A DNA stretch of 64,000 nucleotides, taken from Thermoplasmata archaeon (GTDB lineage: Archaea; Thermoplasmatota; Thermoplasmata; Lutacidiplasmatales; UBA184). A program made the position numbers and the translations under genes. The stretch spans positions 15,695 to 79,694 of the forward strand of contig JBKQMS010000003.1 of the NCBI GenBank assembly GCA_052326485.1, written 5' to 3'. The stretch's first letter is position 1; each line of letters begins with the position of its first letter. The notes under the pieces are model-generated. The model searched no databases. It worked only from the letters and a program-made list of their open reading frames with translations, and was not told the DNA's origin. Shown here one piece after another: positions 27,982 to 37,568 of the stretch.

Positions 27982-28130
27982 GCCCCCCGGCTGCGCCCGC
28001 CGCGACCATGCCTCCGAGGGAGATCGGTGCTGCTCGTAGGGCAATCGGACCGGTCCGTCCTCGTCAATGACGTCTCGTGCGTTGGGCCTTTCCAAGGCCT
28101 TCGCTCTCGAGGCCTGGTCGGAAGGATCGT

Positions 28131-29060
28131 CTACGCGTCGTCCGAGGTGGTCGGCGACTTCGCAGCGGAGTGCGCCGTTTTCGAGCCCTTCGACTTCGCT
28201 GGCGGCTCTGCGGCCACGGGTGCCTTCTCCGAGTCGGCGGCCGGAGCGGCGGAGGGTTTCCCGTCTTCCGCAGGTTTGGAGGACTCGGAGGGTTTCGCGG
28301 TCTCGGCGGCTTCCTTCTTCTCCGGAGCGGGGGTGACGTACTCCTCCACGACCCGGATCGTGTGGGGATGGAGGTGGGTGCGGAGCCGGTCGATGACCCG
28401 TGGCTTGGCGGCCATCCACGCAATGTCGAACTTCGTGCGGTCGGGGACCTTCACCGTCAGGGTCTTCTCGTGGACCTCGACGTGGAACTCGGAGGACCGG
28501 CCGTACTGGAGCTCGATCACTGAGAGCGCCTGCTCGGCGGGTTCGGTGATCCGCTCGACGACCTTGAACTTCCCACGGACCTTGCGCCCGGCGAACGGCG
28601 GGTTGAAGTCGACCCGGACCCGCGCGGCGGTCAGCGACATGACCCGCCCGCGTCGGCCTTCGATCGTGAGCGTGGTGCCGATGTCGAGGTGAGCGTCCTC
28701 CCGTCGCATCTCGGGGAGGCGCTCGATCTGGTGCATCGAGAACAGCTCGATCAAGTTGGGGTCCCGCTCGCCGAAGGCGTCCGCGGGGGCATACTCCCGG
28801 GGGACCTCGTCCCCGACCGCAAGCCCGATGAGGGAGTTCTCGATGCCCGCGGGGAAGTACTCTCCGCCGATCTCGTGCGGCCGTGGACCCCACGTCCGCC
28901 CCTCCGTCTTCGCGTTCTCCTTCTGAGCGAGCTCCTCGTGGGTCGTATCGAGCAACTCGACTTTCCCGCCCAGCTCCGTCCAGAGCTCGAACTCTAGTCG
29001 GACGAGGTCGCCTTTCTCGGTGACCCGAGCGGCCGTACCGTGGTGGGCCTCGGGGGACAT
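28131..29060 (-). CDS. FKBP-type peptidyl-prolyl cis-trans isomerase (long archaeal type) with a P/A/E/K-rich tail
   Basis: VDFNPPFAGRKV (NHPLAGK-like) and an IF-insert architecture. The C-terminal ~75 aa are low complexity. Confidence 0.85.
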   Translation of the reverse strand: MSPEAHHGTAARVTEKGDLVRLEFELWTELGGKVELLDTTHEELAQKENAKTEGRTWGPRPHEIGGEYFPAGIENSLIGLAVGDEVPREYAPADAFGERDPNLIELFSMHQIERLPEMRREDAHLDIGTTLTIEGRRGRVMSLTAARVRVDFNPPFAGRKVRGKFKVVERITEPAEQALSVIELQYGRSSEFHVEVHEKTLTVKVPDRTKFDIAWMAAKPRVIDRLRTHLHPHTIRVVEEYVTPAPEKKEAAETAKPSESSKPAEDGKPSAAPAADSEKAPVAAEPPAKSKGSKTAHSAAKSPTTSDDA

Positions 29061-29137
29061 CGCCCCGCCGAACCGGGGGGCGGGATAAGGTTTTCTCGAG
29101 GGTGTACGGCGTCTCCACCGGGCGGGGCCCGGAGGGG

Positions 29138-30004
29138 TTACCGAGCGTTCGGCGTCCTCGAGGGAGGGTTTCGACGCGCCGAGCGTTCGGCGGGGGTCGA
29201 AACGCGGCGCCAGCGGAATTCGGCGTAGACGAACGCGAGAGGCTTCATCGCGGCATCGAGGAAGCGGAGCGGGTGGGCCACCGGCCGCCGACGCTCGGAG
29301 AGCCGACGACCGAGCTCCCCGTTCTTTAGGAGCGACATCGCCATCGCCACATGGTACCGGTAGCGCTTGCGGGCCCAGCGAGGGAAGCTCCCCTCGGCAC
29401 CCTTGTCGTGGTAGACCCAGGCGTCGGGAACGAACGTCCCGACCAGTCCCGCGCGTGCGGCTCGGGTCTCCAGGTCATGGTCCTCGGCGAACGGGATCCG
29501 CGCATCGAACCCGAGCTGCCGCAGGGACGAGGTCCTCCAGGCGGTGTTCTGGAGCGGGAGGTAGGAGACCTGCCGCGGAACGAGCTCCGCGTAGATCGAT
29601 GCCTCGAGCAGCACCGAGTATCGCTCGATCGACCCCTCGGGGGGTCGAACCGGCCGCGTCGGCCCGCCGGCGAAATCGGCCATGCCGTTCTCGATCGGCG
29701 CCACGAGGCGGCCCAGCCATTCGGGAGGTGCCCGCTCATCCGCATCCAGGAATGCCGTCACCTCCTCGGCCAGGTCGGCGAGGCTCGCGGCCCGGGCGTT
29801 CACGACACCGCCGGCGTACTGCCGGAACGTCACGGGCAGCGACGGGAACCGTTGCCGGGCCTCCTCGAGGAGCTTCGGAGGGGTGGCGGGAGAGGCCGCC
29901 ACGAGGACCCGGTCCGGCCGTCGCTCCTGACGGTCGAGCGAGGCGAGAGCGTCCAGCAGGCGAGGGTCGTCGCGGACCGCGATCTCGACGCACACCGTTC
30001 CCAT
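29138..30004 (-). CDS. glycosyltransferase family 2
   Basis: N-terminal Rossmann-like VEIAVRDD...LDSL and a DAD (DxD) motif, FLDADE. Confidence 0.8.
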   Translation of the reverse strand: MGTVCVEIAVRDDPRLLDALASLDRQERRPDRVLVAASPATPPKLLEEARQRFPSLPVTFRQYAGGVVNARAASLADLAEEVTAFLDADERAPPEWLGRLVAPIENGMADFAGGPTRPVRPPEGSIERYSVLLEASIYAELVPRQVSYLPLQNTAWRTSSLRQLGFDARIPFAEDHDLETRAARAGLVGTFVPDAWVYHDKGAEGSFPRWARKRYRYHVAMAMSLLKNGELGRRLSERRRPVAHPLRFLDAAMKPLAFVYAEFRWRRVSTPAERSARRNPPSRTPNAR

Positions 30005-30093
30005 GGTTCCCGGACCCCCCGAACCGGTTCGGTAGGATCCTCCTCGAGCCTCAAGGCGCCAAGACCTTAATCTCGAGGGGGGCTCGGGAGGGC

Positions 30094-31131
30094 GTGCGGA
30101 TTCTCCTCATCGGAGGGGGTGTCCAGCCGATCCCCCCGACCGGCTACGGTGGGGTCGAACGGGTCCTCGCCGACTTCCAGGCCGCCCTTCTCGCGGCGGG
30201 CCACGAGGCGGAGGTCGTGAACCGGGTCCGCCACCGTCGGATGATCGATGAGTACCCCTTCGCGTTCGAGCTCCCCCGACTCCTGAAGGGCCGACCGTAC
30301 GACGTCCTCCACGCCAACACTCCCGTTGTCGCGAACCGCCTTGCGCTGGGCGGGTACCCGTACGTTTACACCTCCCACTCGCGGCACTGGTTCTACCGCG
30401 CGAAATGGTCCCACCGCTGGGGGTACTGGCTCGAGCGCCGAGCGGTCCGCCGGGCGAGGGCCGTGGTCGCCCTGACGCCCACCTTGGCCCGCACGATGGC
30501 CGCAACGGTCCGACCTCCGTTGCCCCCCGTATCGGTGATCCCGATCGGGATCGACAGCACGCGATTCCGCCCGGAGTGGGAACGTCGCTCGGGGCGCAAC
30601 GCCCTCGGGGTCGGTGTCGTGCTCCCGTTCAAACGTTGGGAGGTGGCGGCACGGGCCGTACGCGGCCTCGGGGTCCACCTTCGGATCGCCGGACCGATGC
30701 CGTCGCCCGCGTACGCCGCCGCAGTGAGGACGGCCGGCGACGAGGTCGAGATGCTCGGGGAGGTCTCGGACGAGGAGCTCGTTCGTCTCTACGCCGAGAG
30801 CGACTTCCTGCTCCACCCGAGCGCGGTGGAGGTGCTCCCGGGGACGGTCCTCGAAGCCTTCGCGGCCGGTATGCCCGTCGTCGGCGGGCCCGCGATCGAG
30901 GGGACCGTGGAGGAGGGGGCGACCGGCTGGTCGATTCCCGACGCGGACCCGGCCGCGTTCGTCGCCGCGATGCGCGAGCGGGTCACCCGACTCCTCGCGG
31001 ACGACCGGCTCCGCCGGGAGATGGGGGAGCGAGCGCGGGCGGTCGCGGAGACCCGCTTCGCGTGGCCCCGGGTCGTCGAGGAGCACCTGCGCGTCTACGC
31101 TTCCGTGGCCGCTCCGCGACCGCGGGCCTAA
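30094..31131 (+). CDS. glycosyltransferase family 1/4
   Basis: GGVERV N-terminus and the C-terminal EVLPGTVLEAFAAGMPVVG (E-x7-E) region. GTG start at 30094; the upstream 213 aa of the track ORF are antisense junk. Confidence 0.8.
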   Translation: MRILLIGGGVQPIPPTGYGGVERVLADFQAALLAAGHEAEVVNRVRHRRMIDEYPFAFELPRLLKGRPYDVLHANTPVVANRLALGGYPYVYTSHSRHWFYRAKWSHRWGYWLERRAVRRARAVVALTPTLARTMAATVRPPLPPVSVIPIGIDSTRFRPEWERRSGRNALGVGVVLPFKRWEVAARAVRGLGVHLRIAGPMPSPAYAAAVRTAGDEVEMLGEVSDEELVRLYAESDFLLHPSAVEVLPGTVLEAFAAGMPVVGGPAIEGTVEEGATGWSIPDADPAAFVAAMRERVTRLLADDRLRREMGERARAVAETRFAWPRVVEEHLRVYASVAAPRPRA

Positions 31132-32114
31132 GCGTCGGGCTTGCCGCCCGTGCGCACGTGGCGGACTTCGACCAGCTCTTCGATGGCCCGGTCGACCGCC
31201 TGGGCGCTGGTCCACCGCGGCTCCCATCCGAGGGCCTGCATCCGTCGGATCGAGAGGAGTTGCACAGGGACGTCCCCGGACCAACCGCGCTCTCCCCCCG
31301 TGTACTCGATGTGGGCGTGGTGGCCGTGGGCCGCGACGACCTTCTCGCCGATCTCCCGGGCGGAGATCTGGTCGGCCGTTCCCAGGTTGAAGAGGTTCAC
31401 CCGGTCGTGCGAGCGTCCGGTCGCGAGGAGCATGCCTGCGACGCAATCCTCGGTTCGTAGGTAGCTCTTCGACTGCCGACCGTCCCCGAGGATCTCGAGG
31501 CGAGTGGGGTCCCGGCGGAGCTTGTCGAAGAAGTCAGGGAGGATACCGTGCGTCATGTTCGGCCCGATGATGTTCGCGAACCGGAAGATGTCGGCCGTCA
31601 GGCCGTAGGAATGGGCGTATGCCGTGAGGAGACCCTCGGCGGCGAGCTTCGCCGCCCCGTAGAGGGACTGAGGCTCGAGCGGACCGTACTCCTCGGGGGT
31701 CGGGAAGACCGTCGGCAGCCCGTACACGACGCTCGAGGAGGAGAACGCGACGCGTGGCACGTCGTGGCGACGGGCCGCCTCGAGGACATGGAAGGTGGCG
31801 AGGGTTCCCTCCTCGAGATCGAGCCGGGGGTCGGTCATTCCCTTCCGTATATCCGGGTTCGTCGCGAGATGCCACACCGCGGACGCGCCGCGGAACAGGT
31901 CCGCGTACGAGGCGGGGTTCTTCAGGTCCGCGACGGTCAGGAGGGCCTTCCTGCCTCCCGGAGAGGGCAAAAGGTGCTCCCGGCGCCCGCTCGATAGATT
32001 GTCGATGACGCGCACCTCGCCCGCCCGGTCGAGCAGATCGCGGACGAGCACGGAGCCGATCGCTCCCGCGCCGCCGGTGACCACCACCGGACCATCGAGC
32101 GCGCGGCCCGTCAT
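31128..32114 (-). CDS. NAD-dependent sugar epimerase/dehydratase (UDP-glucose 4-epimerase-like)
   Basis: VVTGGAGAIGS Rossmann motif and the YGAAK catalytic motif. Confidence 0.9.
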   Translation of the reverse strand: MTGRALDGPVVVTGGAGAIGSVLVRDLLDRAGEVRVIDNLSSGRREHLLPSPGGRKALLTVADLKNPASYADLFRGASAVWHLATNPDIRKGMTDPRLDLEEGTLATFHVLEAARRHDVPRVAFSSSSVVYGLPTVFPTPEEYGPLEPQSLYGAAKLAAEGLLTAYAHSYGLTADIFRFANIIGPNMTHGILPDFFDKLRRDPTRLEILGDGRQSKSYLRTEDCVAGMLLATGRSHDRVNLFNLGTADQISAREIGEKVVAAHGHHAHIEYTGGERGWSGDVPVQLLSIRRMQALGWEPRWTSAQAVDRAIEELVEVRHVRTGGKPDA

Positions 32115-32138
32115 CGGCTCGTTTGGAGGTGGGGAAGC

Positions 32139-32146
32139 ATATATAA
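32139..32146. promoter_or_regulatory. palindromic TATA element ATATATAA in a divergent intergenic region
   Basis: 25-32 bp upstream of the epimerase ATG at 32114 (near-leaderless) and 52 bp upstream of the + strand ATG at 32198. Confidence 0.45.
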
Positions 32147-32197
32147 GCGAAGGGCCGCCTAAAGACGCTACGCCAACTGTCCCGGGGGGGGCGGCTT

Positions 32198-32422
32198 ATG
32201 CGTACCTACGTCCGGATGACCTTTCACTCCGAGGGCGCGAACCCGATGAAGGTCGTGGAGGCCATGAAAGGACTGGGCTTCGAGGAGTCGATGGGAATGC
32301 ACGACTTCGTCTACAAGTGGAAGGACAAGGCCCCCATCGACGACGTCATCCGCCTCATGACCGATATGCACGAACGGCTCAAGGGCCTTGACGTGAACTA
32401 CGAGATCACGACCATCTCCTGA
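32198..32422 (+). CDS. hypothetical small protein (74 aa, predicted beta-alpha-beta-beta-alpha-beta pattern)
   Basis: Non-biased composition. Directly followed (19 nt) by the wHTH gene. No family recognised. Confidence 0.5.
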   Translation: MRTYVRMTFHSEGANPMKVVEAMKGLGFEESMGMHDFVYKWKDKAPIDDVIRLMTDMHERLKGLDVNYEITTIS

Positions 32423-32441
32423 GCTCCTACCAGTTGTACAC

Positions 32442-32837
32442 ATGCCATCCGAGGAACCGGACCGTCTCGAACGCCTGCTCCTCATGCACCTCTTGGAGCA
32501 CCGGGGCCAGCAGATCCGGTTCGAAGCCTCCCAGTGGACGACGGAGTTCGGGATCCTGAGGAAGTTCGCGAGCGAGGACCTGAATGAGGTCAAGCAGGCG
32601 CTCCGCGTCCTGGAGATTGGTCGGATGATCTACCGACGGACCCAGTACGTGGTGGGGTACTCGGAGCCGAAGCACGTGTTCTCCCTCACCCCGAGCGGAC
32701 ATCGGAAGGCGCTCGAGTACCAGCGGGGGGAGGAGGGGAACGGGGGTTCGGTCGGCCTGTCGATCGAGCCGACGACCGTTCTCGCGTCCGAGGCCGTGTC
32801 GCCGGCCAAGCCCCCTCGGGGAACCTCCGCCGGTTGA
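32442..32837 (+). CDS. hypothetical winged-helix DNA-binding protein
   Basis: LLLMHLLEHRGQQIRFE...LNEVKQALRVLEIGRMIYRR...HVFSLTPSGHRKAL resembles a MarR/PadR-like wHTH. Confidence 0.55.
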   Translation: MPSEEPDRLERLLLMHLLEHRGQQIRFEASQWTTEFGILRKFASEDLNEVKQALRVLEIGRMIYRRTQYVVGYSEPKHVFSLTPSGHRKALEYQRGEEGNGGSVGLSIEPTTVLASEAVSPAKPPRGTSAG

Positions 32838-32843
32838 GGCGGA

Positions 32844-33395
32844 ATGACGGTCCTCGAAGGGTCCGGGGTCCGGCTGCGGCCGCTCGTTCCGGCGGAATAC
32901 CCGGCCGTGTTCGCGTGGTACAACGAGCCCGAGACGGTCGCACCGTTCGACCGGTTCTCCGTGGACACGTTCGACGAGTTCTCCCAGGCCGTGGGTTCGG
33001 CCTCCGAGGAACCCACCTCGCTCGCACCTCGGTTCGCGATCGAGCGGAAGGACGAAGGGAAGGTCGTGGGTATGGTGGGCCACTACCGCGCCCACCCAAT
33101 CCTGGAGTACACCGACGTCTGGTACGTGCTCGGCGACCCAACGGCCCGTCGCCACGGATTCGGACGAGAGTCGGTCCAGCTGCTGACCGACCACCTGTTC
33201 GCAGCGACCGCGGTCGAGAGGGTCGGCGCCACGTGTGACGTCGACAACGCGGCCTCCTACCGTCTTCTCGCGAGACTAGGCTTCCGTCACGAAGGGACCC
33301 TACGGTCCGCGCTCTTCCACCACGGACGATGGCACGACGTCCGCGTCTACGGGGTCACTCGCTCGGAGTGGTCAGCGAAGGTTCCTCGAGGGTGA
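32844..33395 (+). CDS. GNAT N-acetyltransferase (RimJ/RimL-like)
   Basis: VRLRPL...E N-terminus, RRHGFGRESVQLL acetyl-CoA motif, NAASYRLLARLGFRHEG. Confidence 0.8.
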   Translation: MTVLEGSGVRLRPLVPAEYPAVFAWYNEPETVAPFDRFSVDTFDEFSQAVGSASEEPTSLAPRFAIERKDEGKVVGMVGHYRAHPILEYTDVWYVLGDPTARRHGFGRESVQLLTDHLFAATAVERVGATCDVDNAASYRLLARLGFRHEGTLRSALFHHGRWHDVRVYGVTRSEWSAKVPRG

Positions 33396-34110
33396 ACCCC
33401 ACCCGGTCGCCCCCGTCCGTGAGCACGGGGGGGCGGAGCGCCACGCGGCCGATTTCCCGCGTCGAGCGCAGATGGGTGCCGCCGCACGGGCAGACGTCCG
33501 CCGCCTCGATCTCCACCACCCGGACCGGGTCGACCTGGACCGGCAAGGGAACGAGCCCCGAGCGCGCAGCGAACGGGTGGCGGTCCCACTCGGCCCGGGG
33601 AACGTGCCGCAGCGTCACCGGGTGGGGATGGGCCACCGCCTCGGCGAGGTCCTCGACGAGGAGGGGGAGGACGTCGGGCGGAAGGTGACCTTCCAGGTCG
33701 AGGGCCGCCCCGACCCCAGCGAGCTGGGCCCTTCGGGTCCGCAGCCCGGTCCGGGCGAAGATGCGCGCGCTCAACAAGTGCTGACCGGTATGGAGGCGCA
33801 TGTGGCGGTAGCGCCGGTCCCAGTCGAGGTTCCCTTCGACCTCGAGGCCCACCGAGAGATGCCGGAGGACGTTCGGGGGCCCCCGGATACGGTGCACGAC
33901 GGAGGCCCCCGACTTCGTGACGTCGACCACCTCGGCGGGCTCCTCCCCCGAGAGGCCGAGCGTCCCGCGATCGTTCGGCTGCCCGCCCCCGGTCGGATAG
34001 AAGAAGGTTCGGTCGAGGACGACCCCCCCGGGGGGGAGCGCGGTGACCCGCGCACGGAACGACCGGACATACGCCGCCGCCGGGTCGGCCAGGAACGCGA
34101 GCTCGGTCAT
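33355..34110 (-). CDS. alaX: alanyl-tRNA editing protein AlaX
   Basis: HTGQHLL and CPCGGTH zinc motifs of the AlaRS editing domain. Internal ATG at 34110. Confidence 0.85.
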   Translation of the reverse strand: MTELAFLADPAAAYVRSFRARVTALPPGGVVLDRTFFYPTGGGQPNDRGTLGLSGEEPAEVVDVTKSGASVVHRIRGPPNVLRHLSVGLEVEGNLDWDRRYRHMRLHTGQHLLSARIFARTGLRTRRAQLAGVGAALDLEGHLPPDVLPLLVEDLAEAVAHPHPVTLRHVPRAEWDRHPFAARSGLVPLPVQVDPVRVVEIEAADVCPCGGTHLRSTREIGRVALRPPVLTDGGDRVGFTLEEPSLTTPSE

Positions 34111-34169
34111 GCAAGGACGAGAATCTCCGGCGGAGAAACCGCTTTCGGGCAAGGGTTGCGCTCGGCAAC

Positions 34170-34177
34170 CTTTTTAG
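34170..34177 (+). promoter_or_regulatory. TATA-like box CTTTTTAG upstream of PCNA
   Basis: 32 bp upstream of the ATG at 34209. Confidence 0.4.
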
Positions 34178-34208
34178 AGGGGACCGATGTGTCACGCCGA
34201 GGCTTCGA

Positions 34209-34940
34209 ATGTTCAAGCTCCGTGTCAAGATGGAGAACCTCCGCGAGGTCGTCGAGGTCGTCTCCACCCTGGTGAGCGAGGTCAAGCTGACCATCTCGAA
34301 GGACGGCCTCGAGGCGAAGGCCGTCGACCCCTCGCACGTCGCGATGCTCGTCCTCAAGCTCCAGAAGAGCGTCTTCGAGGAGTTCACGGGCGAGACCACC
34401 GAGATCGGCGTGGACGTCGAGAAGCTCAAGGAGGTCCTCCGCCTCTCAAAGCCCGGGGACATCATCGACCTCCAGTTCGACGGGAAGAACCGGCTCGTCG
34501 CGGCGGTCGGCCGCCTCACCCGTCAGATGGCGATCGTCGACCCGGCGGGGATCACCGACCCCAAGGTCCCGAACGTGAGCCCGCCCGCCAGTGTGACCGT
34601 CAAGACCGAGGACATGCGCCAGGGGATCCGGGGAAGCGAGAGCTTCACCGACCACGTGACGCTCTCGCTCGAACCCGACGCCTTCACGATGCACTCCGAG
34701 GGCGACACCGACCGGCTCGACCTGAGGATCCCGAAGGACTCGCTCACCCGTCTCGACGTCAAGGAGCCGGTGAAGAGCATGTACCCGCTCGACTTCTTCT
34801 CGGCGATGGTGAAGTCGATCGCCGCGGACGAGACGACGCTCCACGTGGGGAACGAGTACCCCCTCAAGATCGAGTTCGCGATGAGCGGCGGCCGTGGCGA
34901 AGGCCGTTACCTCCTCGCCCCTCGGGTCGAAGAGGACTGA
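34209..34940 (+). CDS. pcn: DNA polymerase sliding clamp (PCNA)
   Basis: MFKLRV...VSEVKLTISKDGLEAKAVDPSHVAM and overall two-domain PCNA length and pattern. Confidence 0.9.
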   Translation: MFKLRVKMENLREVVEVVSTLVSEVKLTISKDGLEAKAVDPSHVAMLVLKLQKSVFEEFTGETTEIGVDVEKLKEVLRLSKPGDIIDLQFDGKNRLVAAVGRLTRQMAIVDPAGITDPKVPNVSPPASVTVKTEDMRQGIRGSESFTDHVTLSLEPDAFTMHSEGDTDRLDLRIPKDSLTRLDVKEPVKSMYPLDFFSAMVKSIAADETTLHVGNEYPLKIEFAMSGGRGEGRYLLAPRVEED

Positions 34941-35026
34941 CGGGACCGACCGGCCGGAGCGGCCGGAGCAGAACTCAGCGGCCCGGGACACGTTAGCCTC
35001 ATAATCGCCCGCCCGCTCGCTGACCC

Positions 35027-36232
35027 ATGGCTGATCGTCCCGAGCCTCCCGTTGCCATCCTCTCCGCGGTACGCACTCCCATCGGCCGGTTCGGAGGCGC
35101 CTTGCGGGGCCTCTCTGCGCCGGCGCTCGGGAGCCACGTCGCGCGGGTGGCGATCGAACGGTCCGGGATCCCGCCGGAGGAGATCGAAGAGGTCCTCTTC
35201 GGCCAGGGGATCCAGGCCGGCGTGGGCCAGAACCCTGCGCGTCAGGTGCTCCGCGGCGCGGGGATCCCCGACAGCGTCGGGGCCGCGACCGTGAACATGG
35301 TCTGCGGTTCGGGATTGAAGGCGATCCTGCTCGGGTTCACGGCGATCCGTGCCGAGGAGTTCGACCGGGTCCTCGTGGGCGGCATGGAGAGCATGTCGAA
35401 CGCGCCCCACCTCTTGCCGGGGAGCCTTCGCTGGGGCAGCCGCCCGGGACCGCACACGATGGACGACGCGATGCAGCGGGACGGGCTCATGGACGCCTAC
35501 GACGAGCACGAGCTCATGGGCCTCACCGGTGAGCGGGTCGCCCAGCACTTCCATCTGACCCGCGCGGACGTGGATGCCTTCGCGCTGCGGAGCAACCAAC
35601 GAGCCGTGAAGGCGATGGAGGATGGCTCGTTCTCGAGCGAGGTCGTTCCCATCCCGCCCGGCACGCCGCCCGGCGGTCCCGGGCTCGCTCGCGACGAGTG
35701 CCCTCGAGCGGACACCTCGCTCGCGGCGCTCGGAAAGCTGAAGCCGGCGTTCGCTCCGGACGGGGTCCTGACCGCGGGCAATTCCTCCCAGATCTCCGAC
35801 GGCGCGGTCGCGCTCGTGTTCGTGAGCCGTCGTGAGGTCGAGCGGCGAGGGCTGAAGCCCCTGGCCTGGGTCCACTCGACCGCCGAAGGCGGAGTCCACC
35901 CGCGGGACGTCATGGAAGCACCGATCCCGACGGTCCGAAAGCACCTCGAGCGCACCGGGCTAAAGCCCTCGGACTTCGACCGGGTCGAGCACAACGAGGC
36001 GTTCTCGTCCGCGTCCATCGCCGTCCAGAGGACGTTCGGGTTCACCGAGGAGCAGTTCAACGTCCACGGAGGCGCCGTGGCGCTCGGTCACCCGATCGGC
36101 GCGAGCGGGGCGCGGATCGTGGTGACGCTCATCCATGAGCTCGTTCGTTCGAGGACCCGCCTTGGGCTCGCCACCGCCTGCATGGGCGGGGGCAACGGCC
36201 TCAGCGTGGTCGTCGACCGCTCGGGCCTCTGA
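35027..36232 (+). CDS. acetyl-CoA C-acetyltransferase (thiolase)
   Basis: Active-site VNMVCGSGLKA, NEAFS, and C-terminal GGAVALGHPIGASGARI...CMGGG. Confidence 0.9.
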   Translation: MADRPEPPVAILSAVRTPIGRFGGALRGLSAPALGSHVARVAIERSGIPPEEIEEVLFGQGIQAGVGQNPARQVLRGAGIPDSVGAATVNMVCGSGLKAILLGFTAIRAEEFDRVLVGGMESMSNAPHLLPGSLRWGSRPGPHTMDDAMQRDGLMDAYDEHELMGLTGERVAQHFHLTRADVDAFALRSNQRAVKAMEDGSFSSEVVPIPPGTPPGGPGLARDECPRADTSLAALGKLKPAFAPDGVLTAGNSSQISDGAVALVFVSRREVERRGLKPLAWVHSTAEGGVHPRDVMEAPIPTVRKHLERTGLKPSDFDRVEHNEAFSSASIAVQRTFGFTEEQFNVHGGAVALGHPIGASGARIVVTLIHELVRSRTRLGLATACMGGGNGLSVVVDRSGL

Positions 36233-37451
36233 CGGGGAGCAGCGGGATCCCCGTCCGATCCTCGACCGATCGGAGTGCGGCGCGCGCCGCGCTCCGCTCT
36301 CCCGAAGCGACCCGTTCGCTCGGGTCCCGGGCGAGTTGGCTCGAGAGCTCGCGTAGCCGCGCGATGACGCGGTGCGTGGCGAGCCCCTCGGCGAGGTCTC
36401 GGCGCGCGTCCTCGGCTAGGGCGCGAACCAGCGCCGCGCCCAGGGCGCCCCCCGCCCCGGGGGCGAGCCAGCGAGCGAGGTGGCGGCAAAGCTCCCGGTA
36501 CTCCCGGTCCGCCGCCTCGAGCCGGTGCGGGTTCCACTCGAGCCGGACCCGGTATGGGGTCGAAAGGAGGTACCAGCGCAGACCCCCCCGACTCGACCGC
36601 TTGAGAGCGGTGCGCAGCGGGATGAGGTTCCCCGTCGACTTCGACATCTTGGCCCCATCCTGAAGGACGAACGCGGTGTGGACGAACAGTCGCGAGAACG
36701 GCCGTTGGTCGAGCGCGAGGGCGATCTCGTTCTCCGCGTGATGGTGCGGATAGATCAGGTCCAGGCCGCCGCCGTGGACGTCCACCGGCAGTTCGAGGAT
36801 CCGACGGGCCATCGCGTAGCACTCGAGGTGCCAGCCCGGGGTCCCCGGGCCCCAACGGCTCTTCCACGAGGGAAGCGGGGGGTCCTGTCGCTTCCAGACC
36901 ACGAACTCGCCCACGGCTCCCTCCCGACGGGGGAACGGGTGGTCGGGCTCGACGACCGCGTGGCGGGCGAGCTCCGAGTCCATCGGGAAGTTCTCCCCGA
37001 GCGGCCGGTCCGGTGGCGAGTATATCCACAAGTCCCCCTCCCGCCGGACCCGTCCGGTCCTCGCGAGGGCCTCCACCACGCGGACGATCTCGGGGACGTA
37101 CGCGCTCGCGCGGGGGCGGTATGCCGGCGGGAGGATCCCGAACGCGCCCATGTCCCGGAAGAACCCCGCCTCCTCCCTCCGCGCGAGGGCGCGCCAGGAG
37201 AGACCGAGCTCCGCCGCCCGGTGGTCGATCTTGTCCTCGAAGTCCGTCACGTTCATCACGTGGCGGACCGGCGTCCCCTCGGCGGCGAGGAACCGACGGA
37301 CGATGTCGAAGAATAGGTAGGTCCGGGCGTGACCCACGTGAGCCGCGTCGTACACGGTCGGCCCGCAGACGTAGAGGGTCACCGGGGCGCCGGACTGAGG
37401 TCGGACGGTCCGACGCTCCCCGGAGCGGGTGTCCTCCAGCCGGAGCGGCAT
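36201..37451 (-). CDS. cysS: cysteine--tRNA ligase
   Basis: HVGHARTY (HIGH) and KMSKSTGN (KMSKS) motifs. ATG at 37451 gives the canonical N-terminus MPLRLEDTRSG...LYVCGPTVYD. Confidence 0.9.
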   Translation of the reverse strand: MPLRLEDTRSGERRTVRPQSGAPVTLYVCGPTVYDAAHVGHARTYLFFDIVRRFLAAEGTPVRHVMNVTDFEDKIDHRAAELGLSWRALARREEAGFFRDMGAFGILPPAYRPRASAYVPEIVRVVEALARTGRVRREGDLWIYSPPDRPLGENFPMDSELARHAVVEPDHPFPRREGAVGEFVVWKRQDPPLPSWKSRWGPGTPGWHLECYAMARRILELPVDVHGGGLDLIYPHHHAENEIALALDQRPFSRLFVHTAFVLQDGAKMSKSTGNLIPLRTALKRSSRGGLRWYLLSTPYRVRLEWNPHRLEAADREYRELCRHLARWLAPGAGGALGAALVRALAEDARRDLAEGLATHRVIARLRELSSQLARDPSERVASGERSAARAALRSVEDRTGIPLLPVRGPSGRRPR

Positions 37452-37568
37452 GGCAGCGGAATCGGCGTGTCGTCGCGCATAACGCTTTGGGAGCGGGTTA
37501 CCCGGACGCCGCTTCGGAAGCTTGATGGGGAGGAAGTGCGCTGCTGAAAGCGGGTGCGTATTCCGAGG

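Noticed and set aside
27700-29118. 472-aa minus-strand ORF
   Set aside because: It is an alternative frame over the methyltransferase (antisense) and FKBP genes, with no motifs.
33347-34519. 390-aa minus-strand ORF
   Set aside because: It overlaps AlaX in another frame and is antisense to PCNA. The translation is R/P/S-rich and lacks motifs.
37522-37548. C/D-box-like TGATGG ... CTGA in the cysS / RAM-domain gene spacer
   Set aside because: The boxes are only about 15 nt apart, there are no C'/D' boxes or terminal stem, and the C box is imperfect. This is too short for an sRNA.
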